DNA of 64,000 nt from Octopus sinensis (GCF_006345805.1 NC_042999.1:48484001-48548000), one strand, 5' to 3'. Shown: positions 1-14,566, counted from the stretch's first letter. A program made the numbers and translations. Notes: generated by a model from the letters alone, not told the origin.

Positions 1-1890
1 TGCGGTTCCCACATGGTTGAAGTACGACATCAAAAGGAAATATTAAAGTTTTGCATTCATTGATTTGGTCACCTTACCCGAATTGGATAAATCCCAATAT
101 GATACCTATGATTGTGTTACTGGTTGGAGTTTGAAAGCAGCAGCATAATTATTCTATAGAAAATCTAAGATAACATTAATAATAATGGTAAACGTTATAT
201 TTTGTAATTCTAAAGTATGTTTTTCAAAGTGCCACTCAGAAAAATTAAATATGATTTGAAACCATTGTATAAAAATACTCATAGATCAACCACCTGCGTA
301 GCGGCTATCTCACTGACTATTTTGGTTCTAATCTATTTACTGAACCTGCACAAAATGACAATATGAATTAACTGTGATAAATTTATCTCGTCATCATGCC
401 ATATACATATTTGTCCAGAAATTCGCAAAATGTAATTAGCATCCATTCATAAAATCTGTTCGTTTCGTGAGATTTTGAATGACGCTGTTACACATGAAAA
501 CTGAAAATAATTATAGCGAAAGAATTTTATACGCTTTTTTATTGTACCAGAAACTTCAGTGTGATGCACGCTTGACAAGCGCCAGACGCCATGTCATCGA
601 AAACCGTTTGCTTTAAAGAAATACAAAATGGTAATAATAGGTGCAGTTTTAGACTGCTAAGGAAGAAATTGTAATGTATCTGTGATACAGTTGGTGGTGG
701 ATTGACAAAACCATTAGGAAGATGGACAAAATTTGTCGCGACATGCGATACCTATTGAGTCCATTCTGACATATGTAAATTATGCCTCCGAACTCTCTGG
801 AGTCATGCTGTAACATACGGGGCAAATACTTCATAATAGGCTTTGGAAAATACCTTCCCTGGATATAAAAGCAAGGTTTGAATCATAATGGTTAAAATAT
901 TCATCTGGAAATTAGCGGCTCCAAGATTTATCAGTTTTGGAAGAAATATAATACTGAAACAAGATTGTACCTTTCTTTCCTTTAATGGACAATAGAATGT
1001 GTCAGTCGTTGAGCACAAAGGAAGTCGATAGAACGATAAAAGGATAATTGTGTGTAGAAGGAATAATGAAAATGAAGTTAGGAATATCTCTGATGAGAAG
1101 GAATTAATGGTGACCAGAATGGAAATATTAGAATGAGAAATTGAACAATAATTGTATCTAGTAATATAACAGAAAAAACTTCACGAAATGAATCGACTAA
1201 AAATTTCAGTGGTATGTGTCTTCAACAATCCCACCCTCAAAAGGAAAAAAAAAAAGGTTATGGTATTTGAAGCCAGAACATTTAATAACAGAAATTGCGC
1301 CATTTTCTGTGTAGCTACTTGCTAATATATTGGCACATTTTGAAATTTGTCGGCATATTTAAACATGTGTTCTTATGTACTTTGCTATACGTATTTCTTT
1401 GTATATGCATGTGCTTATGTGTGAGTTCAAATATTTAAGTCACCCATTTACTACAGACGCAGCTTCAGTAACGAATATTGATTGTTATATCCAACTTAAC
1501 TTGGATATGTTGATTTTAACCTCGCAAAGAACTGTAAACATCCCGAAAATCTATTGAGTGGAGAAAACGCATGATAAAACCAAAGGCATCAACGTACTAT
1601 TATTAGTTGACGAAATTTCGTCAGTATACTGACAGATGACGTAACCGTACCACGTGATATCACCGTATCCTGGTGTTCATCGATGTGGTACAGTTACGTA
1701 ACACAGCAGTGCCATTCGCTGGAGTACTAGCACGATTTCGATTTTAATGGACGTTTAGAGAGGATTAAAAGCGTTATAAACCAGATATCCAAGTTTTGTT
1801 CACAGTGCTAATAAATAATAAGGTATATATAAAAAATATTGAGTACATACGCACATACATATAGCGGATTTTCTCTGATAGACGATGGGA

Positions 1891-2248
1891 AGGCGGTGAG
1901 CTGGCAGCAACGTTGGCACGTCGGGTGAAATGGTTAGCGGTATTTCGCTTGCCGCTACGTTCTGAGTTCATATTCCGCCGAGGTCGACTTTGCCTTCCAG
2001 CTTTTCGAGGTCGATCAAATAAGTACCAGGCAGTAACGTTGGCACGTTGGGTGAAATGGTTAGTGGTATTTCGCTTGCCGCTACTTTCTGAGTTCATATT
2101 CCGCCGAGGTCGACTTTGCCTGTCATCCTTTCGAGGTCGATCAAATAAGTACCAGTTACGCACTGGGGTCGATATAATCGACTTAATCCGTTTGTCTGTC
2201 CTTGTTTGTCTCCTCCGCGTTTAGCTCCTCGTGGGTAGTAGAAAAATA
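1891..2248 (+). mobile_element. tRNA-derived SINE with internally duplicated 126-bp head
   Basis: B-box-like GTTCATATTCC, body gaggtcgactttgcc...gtaccagttacgcactggggtcgat. Same family at 12.3, 38.9, 47.6 and 62 kb. Head present twice (starts 1903 and 2029). Confidence 0.85.
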
Positions 2249-2823
2249 AGACGATGTAGGGATAAATGTTTAAAAACGACAAACAACGAATATTTTCACT
2301 GCTGAAAAAGTGGCCATACATTTAACCAAGTAATGTAAATTAACTTTAAATACAGCAAGGGACAAAATGCAAGAGACATTCTATTGATCAAGAAAGAATC
2401 ACAAACTCAGTACAAACACACCCATGAGCACATACATGCACGCAGACACACAAATATGCTATTTAAAATTACGTGTACTAGTAGTTCTGTAAGTGTGCAT
2501 GTATACGCACACACTGTCTTTCTCTCTCTCTCTCTCTCTTTCTCATATACACATGCACTCACATATGCACATTCATATTGTACATGTGTCTTTTGAATGC
2601 TGCGTCTTTCAGATGAACAAATTCCCAGTAGTTCTTCTTCACAAAGAAAAGATTTTCAGCTGTAACCGACCCTAAATATTATTAGCCGTTTAATGCTGCC
2701 AAACGAAATGCTGAAGGTGATGAATTAGCAGGAAAATAAAATGACAGAGGGAGAGTTAGAAACAGGGTAATATTTGTGCTTACCTTTGTCTTGTGTCTCT
2801 ACCCAAACCTTGACAAAAAAACC

Positions 2824-3090
2824 GGATCTTTTCATTTTCGTCGCCTGGACGTCAGATCTTTCTAGTTAACTAAATAATTTGAAACTTCGTATACTGGTAG
2901 AGTGTCTCAAAACAAAACACTAGTTCCAACTTGTTTATTTGAGAAAAATCTATTTTATGACTTTAATCGTAGATTAAATCTGCGAATTTTAACCAATCAT
3001 GTTGTTTGTTTTCATTTCAAATAATTTACTGCATTCTCTTAGTGTGACGTAGAAAGCTATTTTGTGACGTACTAACGTTCGTTTGAAAAC
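2824..3090. mobile_element. Left arm/TIR of GGATC-ended DNA transposon (foldback/MITE family)
   Basis: ggatcttttc...aactaaataatttgaaacttcgtatactggtag...aattttaaccaatca matches 9576-9815 directly and ~10490-10750 in reverse complement. Confidence 0.75.
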
Positions 3091-4149
3091 TGTAAACAAT
3101 CTGGGTAACGAACGTATATGCAACACGAAATAACTAAACTGATGTGAATATTGTTTTATTTTCTTCGCATGTATCCACATGTTATTAATATTTTATACAC
3201 GTGGACTCGTATCATTTACTTTGATAAAATTTTATTCGTGCACATCCGAATCATTTGCTTTGTAAGCTAACAGGATAATTGAGTGCACTGCACTAGCACC
3301 GTAATTATATCAACATTGGTTCATTATTCTTCGCCAATTCCTGTTGCTGTAGATTTCCAGCTCATAACTTGTACTCGTTTTATCGACCCACCTGTAACTG
3401 GCATATTTTGAACTTGATAAACATATATATGTAAACCTGAAAACATCTCGAGTATGTTATATATTTGTAGGGAACGGACGTGAAACCCAAGGCAATCCCA
3501 TAAATCGGCCTTATCTAACTTTAATATATACTGTTCTATAACTTAGAGTGGGCTTCTTTTTTCGGATTTATGTTTACGGACGATATATATATATATATAT
3601 ATAAAGGTGAAAGTAAAGAATACGTACACCTGGTGTTTGGGGTTAGGGTTTAGGATTAGGATTTTTGTTACGCTGAAAACAGGTGGTGGGATACACACCT
3701 GTTGCATAATTCTTCTGTACTTTGCATTTGCATCACAAATTGTAATATCCTGCATTAAATTTAATTTACTCTTTATTTGGTTTTGTTTCTGTTTTTATTG
3801 TGTGCATGCCTTGTTATGGTTTATGTTAGGGTTAGAGCTATGGTCTAGAATTGGCAACAGATAGCATACTAAATTGTAAATGGCCACGTTTACTGTATGC
3901 TAAACTGGCACTAGAGATTTAATGAAACAGTTTACCTATCAGAATTTAAGACATGAAAGGGTTAGTTAGCATTGTCAACACACTTCACATTTCTCTGTTT
4001 CTGTGGGCAATGAAATAAAACACTAGGTAAGGAGTGGGTCAATATAGTTGACATTATTTCCTCCTATAAAATTTTTGGCTATGTACCTATCTAAGAAATT
4101 CTTATTTGTATTAATATAAAGTGCGAGCAAGAGAACATCTGCAGGCTTT

Positions 4150-4450
4150 CCTAAACTGTTAATGTGAATGTAGATGATGTCTTTTTTCAACTTGTGTAAA
4201 TTAATGTCTGATGAGAATGTGATTCCATGTAGAAGCTGCCATTCTGGAGATAAATGATTGGCTAAAATATTTAGTAAAAGGGTTCTAGCTGTGAGACATG
4301 TTAAAGATGATGATGTGGGCTCAGTTTGATATAGTTTACAGCTTACTAATTCACAGGAATAGTAGTGGGTGTTAGGGGTTTTTCCCCATGTTTTATTTGA
4401 ACAATTTGGCTTGATAAAGGGAGCTGTATCCTTGCCTTTTGCATTCCATC
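4150..4450 (-). mobile_element. Possible highly degraded CR1/Jockey-group LINE 3' end
   Basis: Minus frames give YFSQSFISRMAASTWN and TFSSDINLHKLKKDIIYIHI, resembling ORF2 C-termini. Many stops; weak. Confidence 0.3.
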
Positions 4451-5104
4451 TGAGACAAGAGGTGTGCCTTCAAAACTGGTAAGATTGACGTATTTGATCT
4501 TGAATAAAATGTGTGGATGGCTGCAGAGGAAATAACATGGACAAGGGAATTTCAGAAGACTGACAATCTGGTGAGAAAGAATTTAATGCTTAGTTTGCAG
4601 GTGAATTACATGCTACGTGATCTTCAAGCCTTTTGTCGCCAGATGCTGTAACATGGTTTGTATCCAATATAGTAGTACCACCACTATTGCGATAATGGCC
4701 TGAAATATGTGGTACCAGTGTGATAAAATAAGATAATGCAGCAGCAATAGCAACATAACTATCTCTCAAGAGCCAACAAATATTCCAAATGAACAAACCA
4801 ACCCACACTCTAGAACTTCACTATGAAATAACACAAACTATATACACTCTCGGTTCAGTCCATTCCTCACAAGAGGGTACTTGGCTCTCATCACAACACT
4901 GAGATTGTAAGGGGTTACTAACTTTGTTCTGCCGACCAATTTCCATTTATTTCTTCTTAAACTTCTCTTACTGCTAGAAACCACCTCTGCCTGGTACTGG
5001 CATTTATATGAACAATGTAGACAATTGACAAGTACCAAATGCCACAATACATAAATTCATTATTTATTAAAATTATCTTCAATTGTACAAGAATCATAAT
5101 TACT

Positions 5105-7380
5105 AAATGGTAATCGATTAGCATATTCAGGGCCATTTAGTCACCTACCAATCTGGTAGACACACTAGTCAAATTGACTACATCCTCACTAGGAAACAGG
5201 AAAGACGACTACTTGTAAATGTCCAAACCTTCCCAGGTGAAGAATGTACCCCACAATATAGATTAGTAGTTAGCGACTTCAGGATCAGGGCTAAATGGAT
5301 GCCCAGAAGACGACTAGAATGGCGGAGAAGGGTCTGGAAGCTTAAGGATCCTGCAAAAAGAGATTGAGAGACATATTACTCAAAGCTGTGGAAAACAACT
5401 GGAGTTTTCTACAGGACAACCTTTTGAGGGCTAGTGACCAGATCTGTGGATGGTGCAAAGTCTCCTCTCAACCCAAGGTAACATGGTGGTGGAACAATGT
5501 TGTTGACAGAGCTAGTAAGGAAAAGAAACAGGCTTTGAAGGACTGGAAGACCGGTGATAGCAGGGAATTGTATCAGACTGCCAAAAGGGAAGCTAGGAGA
5601 TAGGTTTATTTGGCCAGAGGGGAAGCAGATAAGGAAAAATTTGCCAATGTTCTGTGCCGTGATGACCAAAGACTTGAAGTATTTTCCTGTTGCCAGACAG
5701 TGTGTGAGAGAGAAATGTGTCCTCATGGGTGACGGTTCATTTGCTTCAAACGAAGCTGCAAAGAGACAGGTTTGGAGACGCCATTATGAAATTTTGCTAA
5801 ATAAAGTGAATGAATGTGAGAAAGAGAGTCTGCCGAATGCCGGCCCAACAGAGGGACCAGCTATCTATCTAAATTGACAGTGCCTTGGTAGGTAAAGCAA
5901 TTAAGGGTATGAAGACAGGGAAAGCACCCGGACAATCAGGAATCACCACAGAGATGCTCAAACTATCTAGCGGTGTCGGCTATAGCCTAGTCAACCAGGT
6001 GATACATGAAGGAATCATACCCAATGACTGGTGTAGCAGCACCATAGTCAACTGCTAACAAAGGTAAAGGTGACGCATTAGATACAAATAATTACAGAGG
6101 TATCAAGATGTTGGATCAGGTAATGAACGTCACGGAGAGGGTCATAGCCCACGTAATTAGGGAGAGAGGTAGTCTAGATGAGATGCAGTTTCGGTTCGTG
6201 CCAGGGGAAAGCACCACTGATGCTATATTTCTGATAAGACAGATGCAGGAGAAATAGCTAGTCAAGATAAAACTCTGTACCTGGCTTTCATTGACAGTGA
6301 CCTCCGATCCCCTATCTGGTGGTCAATGAGGAGACTAGGGATGGATGAATGTTTGAGAGCTGTACAAGCCATGTACAGTAAGGTGACGGTTGGCAACGAG
6401 TACAGTGAAGAATATCGGGTAGGGGTAAGGGTCAACCTAAGATCAGTCCTCAGCCCCCTCTTATTCATTATAGTCCTCCAGGCAATAACAGAGGAATTCA
6501 AGACAGGCTGCTCCTCTATGCTGATGACCTTGCACTAATAGCAGAGTCACTGCCGGAACTGGAGCCAAAGGTTAGGGCGTGGAAGCAAAGTCTAGAATTG
6601 AATGGCCTTAGGGTTAACCTAACCAAAACCAAAGTTTTAGTTAGTGTGCAGGCTGTCAAATCACAAACTCCTCTGTAGAAAAGACATTGGTAGAAACTCC
6701 ATACGACGCACCCGGTGTAAGCTATGGACACATAAAAGGTGCAGCAATATCAAAGGAAGGTTAACTGGGAAAATTATTTCTTGTGTGTGGCAGATGCAGT
6801 GGGGCAATAAACACTGAAGGTGTTCAGAAAACAGCTTCCATTACATGCCTGTGGAAGAAACTAGAAGTAGTAAATACTTTCTACTACCTAGGCGACCAAG
6901 TATGTAGTGGGAGCGATTGCTCTGCGAGTGTAGCAACTAGAGTAATAATAGCCTGGGCAAATTCAGGGAGCTCCTACCTCTGCTGGCAGCTAAATGCCCC
7001 TCACTCAGGGGGAAAGGCGGACTGTATGATGCATGTGTGTGAACTGCCATGCTATACGGTAGTGAAACATGGGCCATGAATGCCGAGGACATGCGTAAGC
7101 TTGCAGTATGCTTGAGTCAAGTAAAACCAATACCGTAGCTGGGGGCCGGTGACCCGCTAGCTTGCTCCTGTGCTGATGAGACATAAAGTGCACCCACTAC
7201 ATTCTCAGAATAGTTGGCGTTAGGAAGGGCATTTAGATGTAGAAATTATGCTAGACTAGATTGGAACCTGTTGCAGCAGCTGGCTCTCCAAGACTTCAGT
7301 CAAACTGTCCAACCCATGCCATCATGGAAAACGGACGTTAATCGATGATGATGATGACGACGACGACGACAACGACGATG
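5105..7380 (+). mobile_element. RTE-clade LINE, 5'-truncated, disrupted ORF (endonuclease end plus reverse transcriptase)
   Basis: SQIDYILTRK (APE C-terminus), KTGKAPGQSG, NYRGIKMLDQVM, VLSPLLFIIVL, LLYADDLALI at 6511-6540. Ends in ...ggacgttaatc followed by a (GAT)n/(GAC)n tail. Frameshifts and stops. Confidence 0.9.
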
Positions 7381-7385
7381 ATTAT

Positions 7386-7621
7386 ATTAGTAATAAAGTT
7401 GGGTGCAGACAAGCGATTTGTAGTAGAGAGCAATAGCGTTTGGAGCGAGCAAAGAGTTGGCAGCCGGCGACGCGATCGATCGAAAAGCTGTCATCTTGGC
7501 GGCGATATCGCCCGTGCGTGTGTGTCCGGTAGCATATGTAACACACGGACGCATCGCGTTTATGCACGCAGCTAAGGCGGCTATTGCTCTCTAATAATCG
7601 CTTGCTTTTTATTTACTTAAT
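7386..7621. mobile_element. CpG-rich MITE-like element with imperfect ~50-bp TIRs
   Basis: caagcgatt...agagagcaatagc (7410-7437) is inverted as gctattgctctct...aatcgcttg (7580-7604). Confidence 0.45.
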
Positions 7622-8019
7622 GCCTTCTTCACTTCGGCATACTGGGCAGAGATCGCATCGCATTCATGCACGCATTAGCTGTCTATCACCGCCTTAGCTA
7701 TAATAAACAAACACAAGTTCATGTATGATATTAATCTTTCTTCTACTTCAAATATTACATGGTTTTCTCTTATAAAGATACACACATACAGGAGAAGTAA
7801 ATTATACATGTAATACTTTAAATGTGGCTCTCAATAAACAGTCAAATTAATTACCTGATCAACAATGGGTTTTACTGCTACTATATATGTATACTAGCAG
7901 TATACATGTGACCAAATCTCATTTTCTACCTTGCAGTTAAGCAGATTCACTGTGTTAAAAAATATCACTCAAGTATAATTTTTTTTTTAAACTCAGAAAG
8001 TCTTTCCAAAATTTTCTTA

Positions 8020-8880
8020 GCTGTATCAGTTTGTCTTGGAGTTGTAATGAGTCATCTGACTCTTGCACATGAAAAAGTGGATTAATGGCTCCCACAAATT
8101 CACTAGTCTTTCAAGGCTCATGCCTTTTGACCCATCTTACTTCTGTGTGAAGCAATAGGGTTTTAAAATCTTCATCTTCACAGAATTGCATAAAAAATCT
8201 ATTATTCACAGAGTTTGATTTGACAATGTTATTTGTATGTATGGAAGTGTTGAGTGCATTTTCCATGTGTCCTCCAATATTCTTAGTAACCACATGCTGT
8301 CTGTGCATAATGCAACGTATATTAAAATGTGAGGAGCAACTGATTTCATTCTAGAAACAAAGCCTTTCACTTGCAGCTCCATCTGATGCAGTGTGGATCA
8401 AATTAGTCGATGGAATATTTTTATCATTAAAATACTGCATTAATTCATTGAATATATCTTCTCCATTAGTTGTTTAAAAAAAAACACTTGGTTATGAATT
8501 GTGCTATCATCAACCTGGATAGAAAAATTGGTCGTTTGGAGAATTTCCACAATCTTCTTTCTCCTCAAAAAAAAATTAGACATTTCATCCTGTCTTCTTG
8601 TAATTGTATTATTTGAAAGTGGAATTGTACTCAGAGTAGGTTCAGCATCTTTTCCCAGAACCTCATTTGCACAAGCTATCATAGCAGGCTTGACAAGATT
8701 CTCACCTTAAATCTGAGGTGCTGCAACCTTGGCAATCATTTCAGAAACCAAATAACTTGGTTTGAGTATCTTTACTTTTTCAATATTTATCTTCTTTACA
8801 AAGTCAGGTGGTTTGATTAGCTGTATTTTCTTTTTATTCTCAAAATATTCCCGACCTTTACCAATAGACTTGGACATTGC
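8020..8880 (-). pseudogene. hAT (Buster/ZBED8/SCAND3-like) transposase remnant
   Basis: SYLVSEMIAK, IPLSNNTITRRQDEM, FSIQVDDST, ASDGAA, CIMHRQH (CxxH), LLLHTEVRW. Frameshifted. Confidence 0.85.
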
Positions 8881-8954
8881 TTAGAAAATAATTTCCATTT
8901 TTAACCTCATATATAGTACGCACTAGGGATTTTGACCTTTAAATTTTGGGAAAA

Positions 8955-8985
8955 TAATGCGGATTATACTTGAGGATTTACGGTA
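8955..8985. repeat. Orphan Tc1/pogo-like TIR
   Basis: Reverse complement taccgtaaatcctcaagtataatccgc resembles TA-flanked MITE termini. Partner TIR not found. Confidence 0.35.
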
Positions 8986-9454
8986 TGTTTTAGATTCTGT
9001 ATATTCCGCTTACATAGGAATTTGATATTTAAAAAGATTCTGTGGTTAGGAAGAGGGGTTTCGGGAAATTCACATGAGTTGACTTTGTTTCCTCATAACT
9101 TGGGTATTTTTTTATGAAATTTGCTACAAATACTTTTCAGAATGTATGTATTCAGATTATATTGGAATTTGATGTGAAAAGGAAAATAGTGGCACACATC
9201 ACAATTTCTTTCGAAATCTCAAGTTTCATTTTGTACATATATATGATATCCATTAGTACATATGTGCATAAAAGCCCACCATTTTTGTATTTCCTTTTGT
9301 CATATTAAAACCCCAGCGTTTTCGATAGCCGCTCATGAAAAAGTGAAAGTCTTTCTTCGGCAATTTCTTGATTTCAGCAACTATTTTCGGAATAAAATTT
9401 TGCCCCCTACCCCTCCACCTCCAATTTCTCCATTTCTCGCTTGTTTCCGTAAAT

Positions 9455-9575
9455 CTAATCCTAAATCCCAACCCTAACCCTAAAACCCCAAACTTAACCC
9501 TAACTCTAAAACCCTAACCATAAAACCTAGCTCTAAAACCCTAACCCTAAAACCCTAACCTTAAAACCCAAACCC
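9455..9575. repeat. Degenerate interstitial telomere-like (CCCTAA/CCCTAAAA)n tract
   Basis: aaccctaaccctaaaacc...ctaaccctaaaaccctaacc directly abuts the TIR at 9576. Confidence 0.75.
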
Positions 9576-10750
<1,175 letters not shown>

Positions 10751-11367
10751 AAAAAACCCTATGTATATAAATGTTTACTCTTCCTAATCTGGGATCAGGA
10801 AAATAGCTATTGCGTTCGTTCAAAATTGCTATATCTCTGCCCCAAATTTCGTCGCAATGAGTCAATTTTAGAAACAATTACCAGCAATGCGAGTGTAGTC
10901 AATAATGAAAAAAAAAATGGACGTAAATTATTTGCTATATTTAGACACATTTCTCAGCGTTATGAATTTAAATCAGCTGAAGTTTGATTTGTTTTAAATT
11001 CATTCATAATCGTTAGGATAAAAACAAAACCAGAACTGAAGTTCGATTTCATTAACATTATATTCTCTTGCATAGTAAAAAGAAAAAAAAAAGAGAAGAA
11101 ATGAGATTGGGAAAAAAAATGAAAAGAAAAATGACAATGAGACAATCATTAATATAAACGTTGAAATGAGACGAGAGAAACTTTTTTCTGTCTCCTTAGA
11201 AATAATGTTAACTAAATTCAGATAACATTGATTCTTAAGTAGAGTTTCACTTCTGAATCTAGAAAAAAAAAACACAAAACACACGCTCGCAAACAACTGA
11301 AACCACAAAATAAACACGTTCCCAAACACACATGCACACACACACACACACATACATACACACACAT

Positions 11368-11432
<65 letters not shown>

Positions 11433-11435
<3 letters not shown>

Positions 11436-11588
11436 GGTAAGCCTCTTTCAGTGTCTGTCTACCGAACCCACTCACAGGGGTTTGATTGGTCTGAGGCTAT
11501 AGCAGAAGTCACTTGCGCAAGCTGTCACACAGTGAGACTCAACCCGGAACCACGTAGTTGGGAAGCAAGCTTCTTACCACACAGTCAC
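11433..11588 (-). mobile_element. tRNA-derived SINE (second family), head
   Basis: Reverse complement gtgactgtgtggtaagaagcttgcttcccaactacgtggttccgggttgag... is homologous to 60436-60600 and 20505-20637. Confidence 0.75.
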
Positions 11589-11852
11589 ATAAAAAATATA
11601 GTTACAGAGATAGAAAATCACATATAAAAATACACATGTGTATAAGCGTGTGTGAAAGAGGCCACAGCCAGATACGAACTGTGTGTGACTATTTAAAGAA
11701 AGGAAAAATATCTCGTGTAAAAACACAAATAATTTGAACACGACACCAAAACTCAGTGTACACAGTAAAGAAAACAATCGATTTCATACTTTCGATTTTA
11801 TTTAATTGACTAATAAATGTTTTTGCAATTTTCTCATAAAAACAGTAATTTT

Positions 11853-12176
11853 GGATCTTTTTGGTTTGAACGGCAGTTTTTAATATAATTTCTAGGTAAC
11901 TAAAATATTTTAAACTTAAATTTCTGCAATGTCAACCAATCAGTGATGTCTATTGAGTTAAAAATCATTCTGTTCCGTATGAATATGTCCCTCGTTTAAG
12001 AAACAGATTGGGTTTACTTACATCTGTGACGAAAAAAGATACCCTTCCCCACCCCTAACTAACCTTAAACCCTAAGAGAGTTTGAAATGCAATAGATCGA
12101 TTCTAGGGTCATAATTATGGGTGACAATTTCATATGACACCGCTAGAAAAAAATACCGTTCAAACCGAAAAGATCC
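11853..12176. mobile_element. 324-bp MITE with ~28-bp TIRs and exact 8-bp TSD GTAATTTT
   Basis: ggatctttttggtttgaacggcagtttt ... aaaaaataccgttcaaaccgaaaagatcc. GTAATTTT at 11845-11852 and 12177-12184. Confidence 0.9.
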
Positions 12177-12289
12177 GTAATTTTTGTGTAAGACAATTAC
12201 ATTAGGGACATTTTATCAGAAAAACTCTAATTTTTGTGAAAGTCAATTACATAAGCCACAGTGCTCTCAAGTGGTGCCGATTTTAATGA

Positions 12290-12402
12290 ATCCGAAAGAA
12301 AAATTCGACCTCGGCGTTAATTGAACTAAGAACGTAAAGATTGACGAAATATGTCTAAACATTTTGACTGGCGTGCTGACGGTTCTGCCAGGTTGCCGCC
12401 TT
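12290..12402 (-). mobile_element. Degraded SINE head (family of 1891)
   Basis: ttcgacctcggcg...gaactaagaacgta...ctgccaggttgccgcc is the reverse complement of the SINE head. Confidence 0.6.
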
Positions 12403-13444
12403 CCTATTGACAAATAATAATTAAAAAATTTAACTGGGACCAGCGCATCTGTTTATTATTATCGTAACACCACTCCCGAGATAAAGCATAATCTTTTTGG
12501 GGCACACAGGTTCATGCCCGCATTACGAAAATGAAAAAATGGATGTTTATGCAATTCTCAAGCTCTCCGCTCGAAATTTATGTACCCAGAGCTGTTCCCG
12601 ATGGATTTCAAGGTGTTTGAGTTCTCAAATTAATTCATTTATTCTGAGCTGATATAAATACCTCATAGCCATATCTGTTCTATTTCTTTTAGCACCTCTT
12701 TCCAAATGAGTTTCGGGTAAAAATCTTTCCTTGGCATACACTTATATTCTTGTTTCTCAATTCTCTTCTTCATATGCACAAGGACTTATGCAAATCATTT
12801 TAGATTTTACTTCCTACACCTGATCTTTCATTACTACTTACTTTTCCCCACTTTAAATTCTCTGTCACGCTTACTATCAAAGTATTACGCAATATAAATA
12901 CCATAAGCGTATATATCTGTGTTTATGTATGAGTGTGTGCGTACGTGTGCATTTGTGTTCATTTGACTGTGCGTTCTTCTGTTACCCCGAGCGCCAAGAC
13001 AACTATTAAATATCACGATGGATGCAACAAAAGATTCTCTGCTCAACCTAATCCATCTCCTCTCTCTACTCCTTCCTCTTCCTACAGCCACAACCATTAT
13101 TATTATTGCTGTAACTATAATCACAAATACTAGAGCTACGTTCTTTGTTGCGCATTTCTTATACATTTTACAACGTATGCTTCGTCACCGTCATCTCATC
13201 GTAGCAAGTTCATGTGCGCACTGTTGCTTAGTTTCTTTCTATCTTATGTTGAATAGCTTCTAATTGAAACGTCAAATTGTAGAGAATCAAAATTTCAAGG
13301 CAATGGTCACCTAATACAATTCCAGATAGATGTGGAAATGATTTATTCACTGAGTCGTATTCTATGCTGGCCTTTTACTACATAAAAGTATTCGTGTAGC
13401 ACAGCATACAAAACGACAAAACATTCAGCGGCAACATGTCTATT

Positions 13445-13690
<246 letters not shown>

Positions 13691-14170
13691 CAATGTATGT
13701 ATTTATCCCTCAAATTCTTGGTGTATATTGTACTTATGTGCGTGAATGTAGGTAAGTATATATGAAGGTATGTATATACATGCATGTGTGCGCGGACCTG
13801 TGTATTTACAGAGAGAGGGATAAATATCTAAATGTATAAGATCTATGAATGGATATATGTATATACATACACACACATAGAAAATCCTTATACGTATTCG
13901 TGTATATTACACATATGCACACTGAAATAAACGCAGGTTCTCACATTAATCTTTATGTAATCTTGCATGTGTGTGTGTATATACATACATGCATACACAC
14001 ACACACATATATATATACACAGAGAGAGAGAGAGACAGGCAGACAGACAGACAGAGACAGAGAGATATAGAGAGAGATGTATATCGTTAATTCTACGCGT
14101 AAATGTATACATTTATATACATTTACGCATAGAATTAAGATATATATCTCTGTCTCTCTGTCTGTCTGTT

Positions 14171-14238
<68 letters not shown>

Positions 14239-14566
14239 TGACATACATACATACGTACAACATACGCATATATATATATATATATATATTGACATACATA
14301 CATACGTACAACATACGCATATATATATACATATGTTTGTATATCGTGTGTTTATATATGCACAACCATTTTTAGTCTTAGTAGCGAAGTGAATAAGTAT
14401 TTTTCTACTTGAGCGTTTGAATGATTGATTGAATAAAGAAAATTTTCTTTAATTCGTTTAATGCCAAACGTTAAGCGCAAATGCAACTAGTCTCTCAGAT
14501 GTAATTATTTCAAATACGTTATTTAATATCTCTGCTTCAGAGGAACATACACACATATATACATTG

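Noticed and set aside
649-1018. Two overlapping minus-strand ORFs as a possible exon
   Set aside because: No recognisable motif, different frames, lengths expected by chance.
8020-8880. hAT transposase as the autonomous gene of the GGATC-TIR family
   Set aside because: Buster-type hAT TIRs normally begin CAG, not GGATC. It is more likely an independent nested remnant despite also making 8-bp TSDs.
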